Assembly (NCBI GenBank): GCA_019057385.1
Contig: JAHQJS010000004.1
Span: 576,001-640,000 of the forward strand
DNA from: Candidatus Borrarchaeum weybense
GTDB lineage: Archaea > Asgardarchaeota > Sifarchaeia > Borrarchaeales > Borrarchaeaceae
Length of the DNA: 64,000 bases
Reading direction: 5' to 3'
Each line of letters starts with the position of its first letter. The first letter of the stretch is position 1. The position numbers were made by a program, and so were the translations under genes. Positions 30,294-39,442 of the stretch are shown here, piece after piece. The notes beneath the pieces were generated by a model. The model was not told the origin of the DNA and did no database searches. It saw only the letters and a list, made by a program, of their open reading frames with translations.

Positions 30294-30632
30294 CGATAGA
30301 AATTACAGATTACTTTGGAGCAGTCTTCGATAATAATTTTTTAGTGTTTATGGTATATTATAACTTCTGTTGTATTTTGAGAAATTCGCAAAAATTGATA
30401 TTATTGATGATATCTTATACTTTAAAATCTTATCAACTTGCGGAATATTATGTGAGAATCTTTATATTATTTTAATAATTAGTATATTAATTAAGGAATT
30501 CTTATTAAAGAATATTTATTATTGAGAATGTCGTAAAAATTATAAAACTGATTCCAATTTCTAAAAGAAGCATGTCTAATGAGTCCCTCACAAGTCAGAT
30601 ATTATATGCTATATCCAAGCGACGGATGAAAA

Positions 30633-32591
30633 ATGCTCTCTCGACGAGATCAATTACAAAACAATGGAGCCTATGACATGATAGACCAAAACCAAGATAT
30701 CTCAAAACTTGAGATCGTTGAAGACAAACTTACGAAAGTCTTTCGATCGAAGGTTATGTATGAACACATATTAAACGGAGTAACTCATTTGATCATTATA
30801 ATTGATGACACTCTTAATCTTATCTGGGCAAACAAAGCAGCAGTGGAAAAGTGTGGCGATATTATCGGAAAAAAGAGCTACAAAGTATATAATAGTCTCG
30901 ATTCAGAGTGTCCCGATGGTATTGTGAGACAAGTACTTGAAGATGAAGAAGTATTTGAATTAGAGCGTTCAATTACATTTCCGAACGGTACACAGGGAGA
31001 TTTTATTATCACTAGTTCTCCCCTCAAAGATTTAACTGGAAATGCTGTCGCGGTTCTACAAATATTCACAGATATTAGTGAACGTAAACAGGCTGAAGAG
31101 AATTTAAAAAAGAGTGAATTGCATTTTCGTACACTCATCGATAATATCTCAGAAATTATTACTGTATTGGACTCTAAGGGAGAAATCAGTTATCAAAGTT
31201 CGTCGATTGAACTAGTTCTTGGTTACTCAATTGAAAAAATCCTCGAAAAATCTTTTTTTGACTTTGTACATCCCGATGATCTTCCATTGATACTTAAGGT
31301 TTTCCAAGATATTATCAAAAAGCCAGGAGCATCTCGTACTCTTAAATATCGTTTTCATCATAAGAATGGCTCGTGGCGTGTTCTTGAAAGTACTGGGAGA
31401 ACGTTTATTGACGATTCAGGTTCAATAAGTGTCATTTTAACTTCTCGCGATATAACTGAGAGAATGCACGCTGAAAAAGCTCTGATAAAGGCTCAAGAAG
31501 AATCGGCTGTTGCCAAGACGGCCAAACAAACAATTGGTTGTATGATGGATCCTGTTATCATTACTGATCTTCATGGAAAGATAACTCAATTTAATAATGC
31601 TTTTACAAATTTGTTAGGTTATGAATCAGAGATGATAGGTGAGTCTCCTACAAAAATTATTGTTGAAAAGGATGCTTTAAAGATTCAAGAGGCAATAAAA
31701 GAATGTCTTAAGACGGGATTTTTAAACAATTTCGAATGCACAACATTAAGTAAGTATGGAAAAAAAATCCCGGTTTTATTCAATATTACAGTGTTGAAGA
31801 ACTCGACGAATAAATCCATAGGTTTGATTTTTGATGCAAGAGATATTACTGAACAGAAAAAAGCAGAACAAAAATTGCAACTAACTTTAAACGATCTAGC
31901 TCGTTCTAATGCAGAACTGGAACAATTCGCCTATATTGCATCTCACGATCTGCAGGAACCACTACGCATGGTGGCAAGCTTTTTACAATTACTGGAGCGT
32001 CGCTATAAGGATAAGATCGACGACAACGCAAATGAGTTCATTGCCTATGCCGTAGATGGGGCAACTCGTATGCAGCAAATGATCAATGATCTGTTAAAAT
32101 ATTCCCGCGTCGGAACACGGGGTAACCCCCTCGAAAAAACTGATAGCAAGGCTGCCCTTGACTTGGCAATTGCAAATCTCACCGTAGCAATTAGAGAAAA
32201 TAATGCACTGATAACCAATGATCCTCTGCCGATTATTATGGCAGATTCATCTCAATTAATTCAAGTATTTCAGAATCTAATTGAAAATGCCATTAAATTC
32301 CGGAGAGATGTACCACCAAAGATCCATATTTCTGCTGAACGTAAAAAAAACGAATGGATATTCTCTGTAAAAGATAATGGCATAGGTATAGACTCGAAAC
32401 ATTTCGATCGCATTTTCTTAATCTTTCAAAGCCTACATAATAAGATTTCGTATCCAGGTTCGGGTATTGGTCTCTCGATCTGTAAAAAAATTGTTGAACG
32501 CCATGGAGGAAAAATATGGGTGGAATCACAGCATGGAAAGGGCTCAACATTTTATTTTTCAATTCCAGTCACAGGAGGAAAAAACTCATGA
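30633..32591 (+). CDS. Multi-PAS (3 PAS) histidine kinase
   Basis: VHPDD PAS, SHDLQEPLR, NAIKF, DNGIG. Confidence 0.93.
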   Translation: MLSRRDQLQNNGAYDMIDQNQDISKLEIVEDKLTKVFRSKVMYEHILNGVTHLIIIIDDTLNLIWANKAAVEKCGDIIGKKSYKVYNSLDSECPDGIVRQVLEDEEVFELERSITFPNGTQGDFIITSSPLKDLTGNAVAVLQIFTDISERKQAEENLKKSELHFRTLIDNISEIITVLDSKGEISYQSSSIELVLGYSIEKILEKSFFDFVHPDDLPLILKVFQDIIKKPGASRTLKYRFHHKNGSWRVLESTGRTFIDDSGSISVILTSRDITERMHAEKALIKAQEESAVAKTAKQTIGCMMDPVIITDLHGKITQFNNAFTNLLGYESEMIGESPTKIIVEKDALKIQEAIKECLKTGFLNNFECTTLSKYGKKIPVLFNITVLKNSTNKSIGLIFDARDITEQKKAEQKLQLTLNDLARSNAELEQFAYIASHDLQEPLRMVASFLQLLERRYKDKIDDNANEFIAYAVDGATRMQQMINDLLKYSRVGTRGNPLEKTDSKAALDLAIANLTVAIRENNALITNDPLPIIMADSSQLIQVFQNLIENAIKFRRDVPPKIHISAERKKNEWIFSVKDNGIGIDSKHFDRIFLIFQSLHNKISYPGSGIGLSICKKIVERHGGKIWVESQHGKGSTFYFSIPVTGGKNS

Positions 32592-33058
32592 CTATACAAA
32601 TAAGCCAAAAACCTCTTGAGATTTTATTAATTGAGGATAATCCTGGTGATGTTCGTCTGACGGTAGAAGGTTTTAGAGAAACCAAAGCATTTAATAAACT
32701 CAACGTAGCCTATGATGGCGAGGAAGCTATGGCTTTTCTACGACGAGAAGGTAAGTTTAAAAAAGCACCTCGTCCAGACCTCATTTTACTCGATCTTAAT
32801 TTACCTAAGAAAGACGGTCGTGAGGTATTAGAAGAAATTAAAGATGATAGAGACCTGAAATGTATCCCCGTAGTGATCTTAACGACCTCTCATTCTATTG
32901 ATGATATTGAAGAGACGTATTCTAATCATGCTAATTGCTATATCACAAAACCAGTTGATCTGAATCAATTTGTCAAAGTAGTAAAATCCATTGATGACTT
33001 TTGGTTGAACATTGTGAAATTGCCGAATAAGGAGACTGGTGATTATAATGGAGGGTAA
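32588..33058 (+). CDS. Single-domain response regulator (Rcp1-like)
   Basis: LLIEDN, LILLDLNLP, TKP; start set to ATG 32588 (ATGA overlap with the kinase stop). Confidence 0.92.
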   Translation: MTIQISQKPLEILLIEDNPGDVRLTVEGFRETKAFNKLNVAYDGEEAMAFLRREGKFKKAPRPDLILLDLNLPKKDGREVLEEIKDDRDLKCIPVVILTTSHSIDDIEETYSNHANCYITKPVDLNQFVKVVKSIDDFWLNIVKLPNKETGDYNGG

Positions 33059-34607
33059 TCAACTCAGAGTCTTATTAATAGAAGATAATCCAGGCGATGC
33101 AAGGCTAATACAAGAAGAACTTGCTGAAACAGACCCCTTATGTCATGAAATTACCCACTTCTTTCTGTTGCATGTTGATCGGCTCTCGCAAGGCCTTGAA
33201 TGCCTTAAAAACGAAAAGATCGATATTGTACTTCTGGATCTCGGATTACCAGATAGCCTAGGGCTAGATACGTTCACAAAACTATATGCTTATTCGCCAC
33301 AAGTACCGATTATTGTCTTGACTGGTTTTGATGATGAGAATCTGGCAGTTAAAGCTGTGGGAGAGGGTGCACAAGATTATCTTGTCAAAGGAAAATTTGA
33401 TAAAAACCTGCTGACACGTTCTATATGCTATGCTATTGAGCGACACCGATTGATCTCAAAATTAAGAGATTATGCAGAAAACCTTGAAAAAATGGTTGAA
33501 GAGAGAACAATGGATCTTAAAGAGTCTGAGGAGCGCTATCGCGGTTTATACGAGTCATCTATAGATGGCATTGCCACAGCAGACATGAAGGGCAATCTTA
33601 TAGACTGCAATCAGGCTTTCGCGGAATTGCTCGGCTATACAAAGGAGGAACTGCTTAAACTAACCTATTGGGATCTTGCGCCTAAGAAATGGCATGAACT
33701 CACGGCAAAAATCCACGCTGAACAGGTATTAACTAGGGGCTATTCTGATGTGTATGAAAAAGAATACATGAAGAAGGATGGAACAATCTTTCCCATCTCT
33801 ATTAGATCGTGGATCATCAAAGACAAGGATGACAAGTCAGTGGGAACCTGGGCAATCGTTCAGGACATCACTGAAAGATATAAGATCATGGAAATGAAGG
33901 ATCGGTTTATATCAGTCGCCACCCATGAACTTCGAACACCACTTATCTCGGTCAAGGGATACATTGACTTCCTTCTATCTAAGAATTTGAACGTAACACC
34001 CGAGTTACTTGAGTCGAGCCTGCAAGTGGTGAATCGCAACACTGACCGGTTGATTTATCTGACCGACGAGTTGTTGGATATCCAGCGCATTAAATCTGGA
34101 CGAATCTCCTTAAATTTGGAGTTTCAGGATCTTATTAATATCATAAATCATTGTATAGAGGAAATTCAACCCTTTATTGATGAGAAAAAACAAAATCTCA
34201 ACTTGAAAATTCCAGAAAGGCCCTTAAAGATTCGAGTGGATCGTGTTCGCCTTAGCCAAATTATTATGAACATTCTTAATAATGCTACTAAATTTACGCC
34301 AGAAGGCGGAGACATAACGCTTGCCGTTGAAGAGACGGACGGTGTCATGCAAGTTCAAGTTTCAGACAATGGAATTGGAATTCGTGAGGAGGATTTGGAG
34401 AAAGTTTTTCGCCCCTTCTCGGACATAAAGAAGCCAACCTACATCAAGGGCACAGGTCTTGGTCTCAGCGTAACCAAAGGTCTGGTGGAAGCACATGGAG
34501 GCAGGATCTGGGCACATTCAGATGGAGAGGATCGAGGAGCAGCTTTCACTTTTACCTTACCAAATACAGAATCAAACCCAAAACCAAAGGTAAAGGAGGT
34601 AAATTAA
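33048..34607 (+). CDS. Hybrid REC-PAS histidine kinase
   Basis: N-terminal REC (LLIEDN, LLDLGLPDS), one PAS, THELRTPL, NATKFT, DNGIG, GTGLGL. Confidence 0.93.
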   Translation: MEGNQLRVLLIEDNPGDARLIQEELAETDPLCHEITHFFLLHVDRLSQGLECLKNEKIDIVLLDLGLPDSLGLDTFTKLYAYSPQVPIIVLTGFDDENLAVKAVGEGAQDYLVKGKFDKNLLTRSICYAIERHRLISKLRDYAENLEKMVEERTMDLKESEERYRGLYESSIDGIATADMKGNLIDCNQAFAELLGYTKEELLKLTYWDLAPKKWHELTAKIHAEQVLTRGYSDVYEKEYMKKDGTIFPISIRSWIIKDKDDKSVGTWAIVQDITERYKIMEMKDRFISVATHELRTPLISVKGYIDFLLSKNLNVTPELLESSLQVVNRNTDRLIYLTDELLDIQRIKSGRISLNLEFQDLINIINHCIEEIQPFIDEKKQNLNLKIPERPLKIRVDRVRLSQIIMNILNNATKFTPEGGDITLAVEETDGVMQVQVSDNGIGIREEDLEKVFRPFSDIKKPTYIKGTGLGLSVTKGLVEAHGGRIWAHSDGEDRGAAFTFTLPNTESNPKPKVKEVN

Positions 34608-34609
34608 TT

Positions 34610-35482
34610 TTGACAGATAAAATTTTGATTGTAGATGACGAACCAGATACTGTTAACCTAGCAAAAATGATTTTGGAGAGAGATGGCTACCACGTAATTA
34701 GTGCATATAATTGGGATGACGCTATAAAGAAGGCGGAATCGGAGATGCCGGACTTTATCTACTTAGACATGGTTATGCCAGGTAAAAGTGGCTTGGAGGT
34801 CTGCAAAATTTTGAAGGCCCAGCCCAAGACCAAGAAAATTCCGGTAGTGATGTTTACAGCTCTTGGACGGGATGTTGATAAAAAGTTAAGCAAGGAAGCC
34901 GGGGCTGACGGTCATTTTTTGAAACCCTTCGAGGCTGAGGATTTAATTGCCGAGATAAAAAAACATCTAAAATTTATTCGCCCTGAAAAGTTTTCTAATA
35001 CCCTGGAACTTGATCATGAACGGTTAAAGGGTAGAAAAATCCTGCTAGAGTTCGATCCCGTAGTTCCTTATGAAAGGGTGGTCAGAGATTTTGTGATGGA
35101 ATGTCAGGTACACGAAGAAGTAATTGTTCTCTTAGGAAACAAAGCAAGTGTAGTCTATCAAACGCTTCAAAAATATGATGGTCTAGAGTTTATCGCTTTG
35201 ATCCCCCAACCGATACTTACCCCTATTCTAGAGACAAATGCTGGAACACCAGTAAACATAATCTGTGATAATCTAACAGACCTTATTTTCTCTATGGGCT
35301 TCCAGGCCACATATAAATTCATAAAACACACGTTAGAACGACTAACCACAGTTTTATCGACTGCCCTATTTCTTTTGAACCCCAAAGCTCACCCGTCAAA
35401 CGAAACCTATAGTATCAGAAGCCTCTTTAGCGATCAAATAACCTTTGGAAAAGATGGACTGACAATTAATAAGTTAACTTAA
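34610..35482 (+). CDS. Response regulator: REC fused to an inactive KaiC-like (DUF835-type) domain
   Basis: N-terminal ILIVDDE / YLDMVMP / KPF. C-terminal RecA-like alpha/beta region with no Walker A (GRKILLEFDP, IICDNLTDLI, LFLLNPKAH, RSLFSDQI). Confidence 0.75.
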   Translation: MTDKILIVDDEPDTVNLAKMILERDGYHVISAYNWDDAIKKAESEMPDFIYLDMVMPGKSGLEVCKILKAQPKTKKIPVVMFTALGRDVDKKLSKEAGADGHFLKPFEAEDLIAEIKKHLKFIRPEKFSNTLELDHERLKGRKILLEFDPVVPYERVVRDFVMECQVHEEVIVLLGNKASVVYQTLQKYDGLEFIALIPQPILTPILETNAGTPVNIICDNLTDLIFSMGFQATYKFIKHTLERLTTVLSTALFLLNPKAHPSNETYSIRSLFSDQITFGKDGLTINKLT

Positions 35483-35695
35483 TTCGGAGGCAAAAATTTG
35501 TGCGTTGATCTTGAGAATTAAGGAAATCCAAGAATACCATCGCAAGGCACCGAAGAACTCATAAAAGGACACTAGAGCACCAGAAAACTGAAGGAACTCA
35601 TAATTTGACGTGAGATCATGTTGATGCCAGACTTCAAGGTCTGACAAAGCGATCCCAAGATTCTTGAAGTTCGAATATTAAGTGGTAGACAATCA

Positions 35696-35815
35696 GTGAG
35701 CTACCTCATGCTCAAGCGCTGAGGCTTCCTGCTTCAACGACAGACTCGATCTCCTTGACGGGTTACGGAGGTCTCGATGTTCACAGGCTTAATATCCCTA
35801 TGCCCCGTAGGTACT
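35696..35815 (-). ncRNA. Putative TnpB omegaRNA scaffold inside the MITE (guide would be the flanking UGAUUGUCUACCACUUAAUA)
   Basis: acctacggggcatagggatattaagcctgtgaac...gtcgttgaagcaggaagcc...tcac resembles tnpB 3'-end/omegaRNA sequence; TTTATATA box at 35846-35839 upstream. Confidence 0.65.
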
Positions 35816-35900
35816 CATAGGCTCTATCACCAACAAAGTATATAAACCCAAGTCATTCATCACCACGCTACAGCAATGGTGCTTTCTTGCTTAGTTGTTT
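35696..35900 (-). mobile_element. 205-bp non-autonomous IS200/IS605 MITE
   Basis: Minus strand: TTAC|15 nt-AAAG-hairpin(cacca/tggtg)-atgaat ... gcagGAAG-hairpin(cctca/tgagg)-tagcTCAC. IS608-like end geometry; no ORF. Confidence 0.85.
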
Positions 35901-36043
35901 GTAAGAATTATTGATGGTTACTCTCGTCTAAATTATGTAAATAATAACATTTGAATTAAATCAAAAAAAATATGAATAAGTTAAGTGGGTTTTACTCAGA
36001 GTATTTCTCTCTGTTAATTTAAGGTAAATTTAAGATCTGTGAG

Positions 36044-36724
36044 GTGCTTCAGATGGAACGTTTGAATACAGGAATTAGAGGTTTAGACCAACTTATTGAT
36101 GACGGAATTCCCCGCTCATGGGTTATTCTCATTAAAGGGCCAGCCGGCTGTGGAAAAACAACTTTTGGTCTTCAGTTTTTGTGTTATGGCGCAGAAAATG
36201 ACGAGTTTGGTATTTATATCACTATAGGTGAGCCAATATCACATGTAAAAAAATATATTCGATTTAACTTGAATCTGGAAAAATTAACAACAGAAGGCAA
36301 GCTTATTCTTGTTGATACAAAACTCATAAAACTTTCTGATCTCAGTGAGATTTTACAAGATGCAATAGGTAAGTATAACGCACAAAGAATTGTTATTGAC
36401 TCATTTACATCTCTCATTTCCCTCTATAAAGATGAACCGACACTTCGTCAAGAATTTTCTAATTTTCTTGATGTGGTAAGACAAGTGAAGAATGCCACGT
36501 GGATGATTATAGAAGAAGGAACGCCGCGCTCTCCTGATGCCCTTAGTGAGTTTATGGCAGATGGAGTTATTAATCTCACTTATTTCTTAAGAGGAAACCA
36601 TCGTGTTAGGGGAATAGAGATTACTAAGATGAGAGGAACTGCGCATTCTGAAGGAATTCATCTCTATAAGTTTAATGAAGATGGAATTACGGTGTATCCC
36701 GAGGAAAAAGTGTTTGAAATGTAA
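36044..36724 (+). CDS. Single-domain KaiC-like ATPase
   Basis: TGIRGLD, Walker A GPAGCGKTT, RIVIDS, ADGVI, KMRGT; the EE motif is reduced to GE. Confidence 0.9.
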   Translation: MLQMERLNTGIRGLDQLIDDGIPRSWVILIKGPAGCGKTTFGLQFLCYGAENDEFGIYITIGEPISHVKKYIRFNLNLEKLTTEGKLILVDTKLIKLSDLSEILQDAIGKYNAQRIVIDSFTSLISLYKDEPTLRQEFSNFLDVVRQVKNATWMIIEEGTPRSPDALSEFMADGVINLTYFLRGNHRVRGIEITKMRGTAHSEGIHLYKFNEDGITVYPEEKVFEM

Positions 36725-36856
36725 TTGTGATCGTATCTATTGGCGGACATTGTATTCTGAATGTAATTCTAAGATATTCTATCATATAACTTGACACAAA
36801 AAAATGATTCGATCCAATTTGCAAGTCACACAAAGATGATTATCGAGGTATGACAC

Positions 36857-37375
36857 GTGTTCCTGCTCGTGAAAGTGATCGTTATTGGCGATGGGGCTGT
36901 CGGGAAAACAACTCTATCAACTCACTTCACATTCAGCAAATTTATTGAATATTACAAAATGACAATAGGAGTAGATTTTTTTGCGAAAGATGTGAAGATA
37001 GGAAAGGATGTAGTCAGATTGCAAATTTGGGATATGGCAGGTCAAGAAAAGTTCGCATTCATGCGCCCTAATTATTATGACGGTGCAAGCGGAGGATTTT
37101 TAGTATACGATGTAACTCGTCCTGAAACCTTTAAGGATCTTGATATGTGGCTACACGAGGTATATAAAAGATGCGGGAAGATTCCTCTTTTTTTGTTAGG
37201 CAATAAAATAGATTTAGAGACTCGCAAGGTTAAAAACTCGCAAGCCGAACAATACGCGGAAAAACAGGGACTAACGTATTACGAAACCTCTGCGAAAACA
37301 GGAGAATGCGTCTTTGATGTCTTTTCTAAGCTAGCACATACGTTATATAATAAATATTTAGAGTCTGGGAATTAA
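36857..37375 (+). CDS. Rab-like small GTPase
   Basis: GDGAVGKT, TIGVDF, WDMAGQE, NKID, ETSAK; no C-terminal Cys. Confidence 0.95.
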   Translation: MFLLVKVIVIGDGAVGKTTLSTHFTFSKFIEYYKMTIGVDFFAKDVKIGKDVVRLQIWDMAGQEKFAFMRPNYYDGASGGFLVYDVTRPETFKDLDMWLHEVYKRCGKIPLFLLGNKIDLETRKVKNSQAEQYAEKQGLTYYETSAKTGECVFDVFSKLAHTLYNKYLESGN

Positions 37376-37487
37376 GCATTATGGTTGATAAGGATCTTGA
37401 AGAAATAGCATTAAAGAGGTTTCGCACAATTAGAAACATACAAAACCTCTATTTAAAATCTGATGGAAAAAATCGGAGAAATTAGAT

Positions 37488-38693
37488 GTGATTTTAAGCG
37501 TTTACATCATCAATTCTTTCTCTGGCCTTTGCCTATTATCATGGTCAAGAATACTAAAGAAATTTGATGATACTTTAATTGGTGGCTTTCTCATTGCAAT
37601 AAGCAGATTTGGTCGAGAAATTGGGGGAGAAAACGCCCAATTTGTTGATTTTCGTGAAAGGAAATTCATATTTGCATACAAAGACAAGCTGATTTTTGTT
37701 ATTGAAATAACAAGTTATAAAGAAGTGCAAATAGGACGTAGACTTCTGCAACAAATAATGGTTGCATTTTTCAGGGACTATGGAGGCGCGAAAGAAATAA
37801 TCACTGAAACTGATGTCTCGATATTGTGGCCTTTTTGTGATACAATTGAAGAACTGATTTCAAGTCAAATTGTTGAATTAGAAAGGCTAGTCGAAAGCAT
37901 TCAAAAAAGTTCAAAGGCCTCAGGCATACTATTGCTAAATTTAAGTGGAGACATATTCAGTACCACGCCAAGACAAATAGTAGATCTTGGCGAGAAATTT
38001 ATCAAGAGCGTTAAAATGATACTTAGTGCTCACGAGTCAGTTACAAAAGATGATAGTCCATTTGAGATCGTCATTAATGGACTTCATCAGACTTTTTACA
38101 GCCGCCGAATAATTGGAGATCATTTTATCGTGGTTTACGGACCAAAGGAAATGGGAGAGGATAATTTAAGGATCTTAATTCAGGGACATCTAGATGAACT
38201 TGCGAGCGTCTTAATGACTTTTGGTCATATTAGACCAAGAGCAGTAGGTACGGAGACCACAATTCAGAAATTTCTGGAATGGAGTGCTAAACACCCCCTG
38301 TTGTCACAATTAAGATTTCAAGAGTATGAAGCTTATTTCGATACTATAATAAATGCAGAAAAAGGGCTTTACGAATTTGATTGTGTCCTAAAATCGCCGA
38401 CTAATATTGCATTTATTCGAATTTATAGACATTTTGGCCAATCTGATAGCAAATTCATCCAAAGATTTTTAGATGATGCTAATTCGGTATGCAGAAAACT
38501 AGATTCCTCGCCAGTTTTGTTTTTAGCCATAAGTAAAGATAATTTCTCAAAGAAGGCTAGGGAAATCATAAAAAAAACAATGATACAGTATAAAGACAAG
38601 TATTTTCAATTAGTTCTTTGTAAGCAAACTAACGATGAATTTCAAATTATTGAAGGATTAAGAGATAAAAAAAGCAAAGGAGGAATTCTTTGA
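37488..38693 (+). CDS. Longin + roadblock + Mrr-like (PD-(D/E)XK fold) multidomain protein
   Basis: N-terminal VYII..SGLCL...LIGGFLIAISRFGREI (longin-like); middle GILLLNLSG...EIVING...IVVYG (roadblock-like); C-terminal EFDCVL...FIQRF...AISKDNFSKKARE (restriction-endonuclease-like). Confidence 0.65.
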   Translation: MILSVYIINSFSGLCLLSWSRILKKFDDTLIGGFLIAISRFGREIGGENAQFVDFRERKFIFAYKDKLIFVIEITSYKEVQIGRRLLQQIMVAFFRDYGGAKEIITETDVSILWPFCDTIEELISSQIVELERLVESIQKSSKASGILLLNLSGDIFSTTPRQIVDLGEKFIKSVKMILSAHESVTKDDSPFEIVINGLHQTFYSRRIIGDHFIVVYGPKEMGEDNLRILIQGHLDELASVLMTFGHIRPRAVGTETTIQKFLEWSAKHPLLSQLRFQEYEAYFDTIINAEKGLYEFDCVLKSPTNIAFIRIYRHFGQSDSKFIQRFLDDANSVCRKLDSSPVLFLAISKDNFSKKAREIIKKTMIQYKDKYFQLVLCKQTNDEFQIIEGLRDKKSKGGIL

Positions 38694-39442
38694 GGAAAGT
38701 TCCCACAGGAATTAAAGGGCTTGACAAATTACTTGAAGGTGGTGTTCCCGAAAGTTGGGGGGTTCTGTTGACTGGTAGCACTGGAACAGGGAAAACAACT
38801 CTTGCAGTACAATATCTATACAATGGCTGTGTGCAATATGACGAGCCCGGAGTATTTGTTAGTTTAGAAGAAGACAATCAGAAGATTGCGCGTGTGATGA
38901 GATTATTTGGATGGGATCTTGAGGTTCTACAGAACGACAAGAAACTTGTAATGATAAATGCTGTTCCAAAAAGAACTCCCGGCAAATCAGGATACGTTAT
39001 TGAAACCCCATTTTTTTCTCGAACCTTTAGCTTTGATTCAATTTGCGATTTACTAGAAGACAAGATAAAGGAAACAAACGCAAAACGCGTTGTCATTGAT
39101 GGCTTAAGCGGTCTCACACTTCAATATCAGAACGAATTCGAAATTCGACAAGGTCTTTTAGATATTACAAATGTCATTAGCGAAGCAGGCTGCACTTCGC
39201 TCTATACTTCAGAAATGCCTGAGGGAAAACCAGGGATCAGCAGATTTGGAGTCGAAGAATTCATCGCTTCTGGTGTCATTGTACTTTATTATCTTCGTGA
39301 AAGAGGAAAAAGAATACGTGCCATAGAAATTCGAAAAATGCGAGGTACTAACCATGACGAATCTCTGCATCCATATAAAATTACTGAAAAAGGAATCGTC
39401 GTCTTTCCGGAAGAAATAATTTTTATGGAAAAAGATGTGTAA
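38690..39442 (+). CDS. Single-domain KaiC-like ATPase
   Basis: TGIKGLD, GSTGTGKTT, SLEE, RVVIDG, EEFIASGVI, KMRGT; TTGA overlap with the upstream gene. Confidence 0.92.
   Translation: MRKVPTGIKGLDKLLEGGVPESWGVLLTGSTGTGKTTLAVQYLYNGCVQYDEPGVFVSLEEDNQKIARVMRLFGWDLEVLQNDKKLVMINAVPKRTPGKSGYVIETPFFSRTFSFDSICDLLEDKIKETNAKRVVIDGLSGLTLQYQNEFEIRQGLLDITNVISEAGCTSLYTSEMPEGKPGISRFGVEEFIASGVIVLYYLRERGKRIRAIEIRKMRGTNHDESLHPYKITEKGIVVFPEEIIFMEKDV

Noticed and set aside
35483-35695. Possible decayed gene between the REC-iKaiC gene and the MITE
   Set aside because: There is an SD-like GGAGG but only short broken frames with no recognisable homology
36044-39442. Circadian clock
   Set aside because: The KaiC-like proteins are single-domain, there is no kaiA/kaiB, and the CII Ser-Thr phosphosite is not evident
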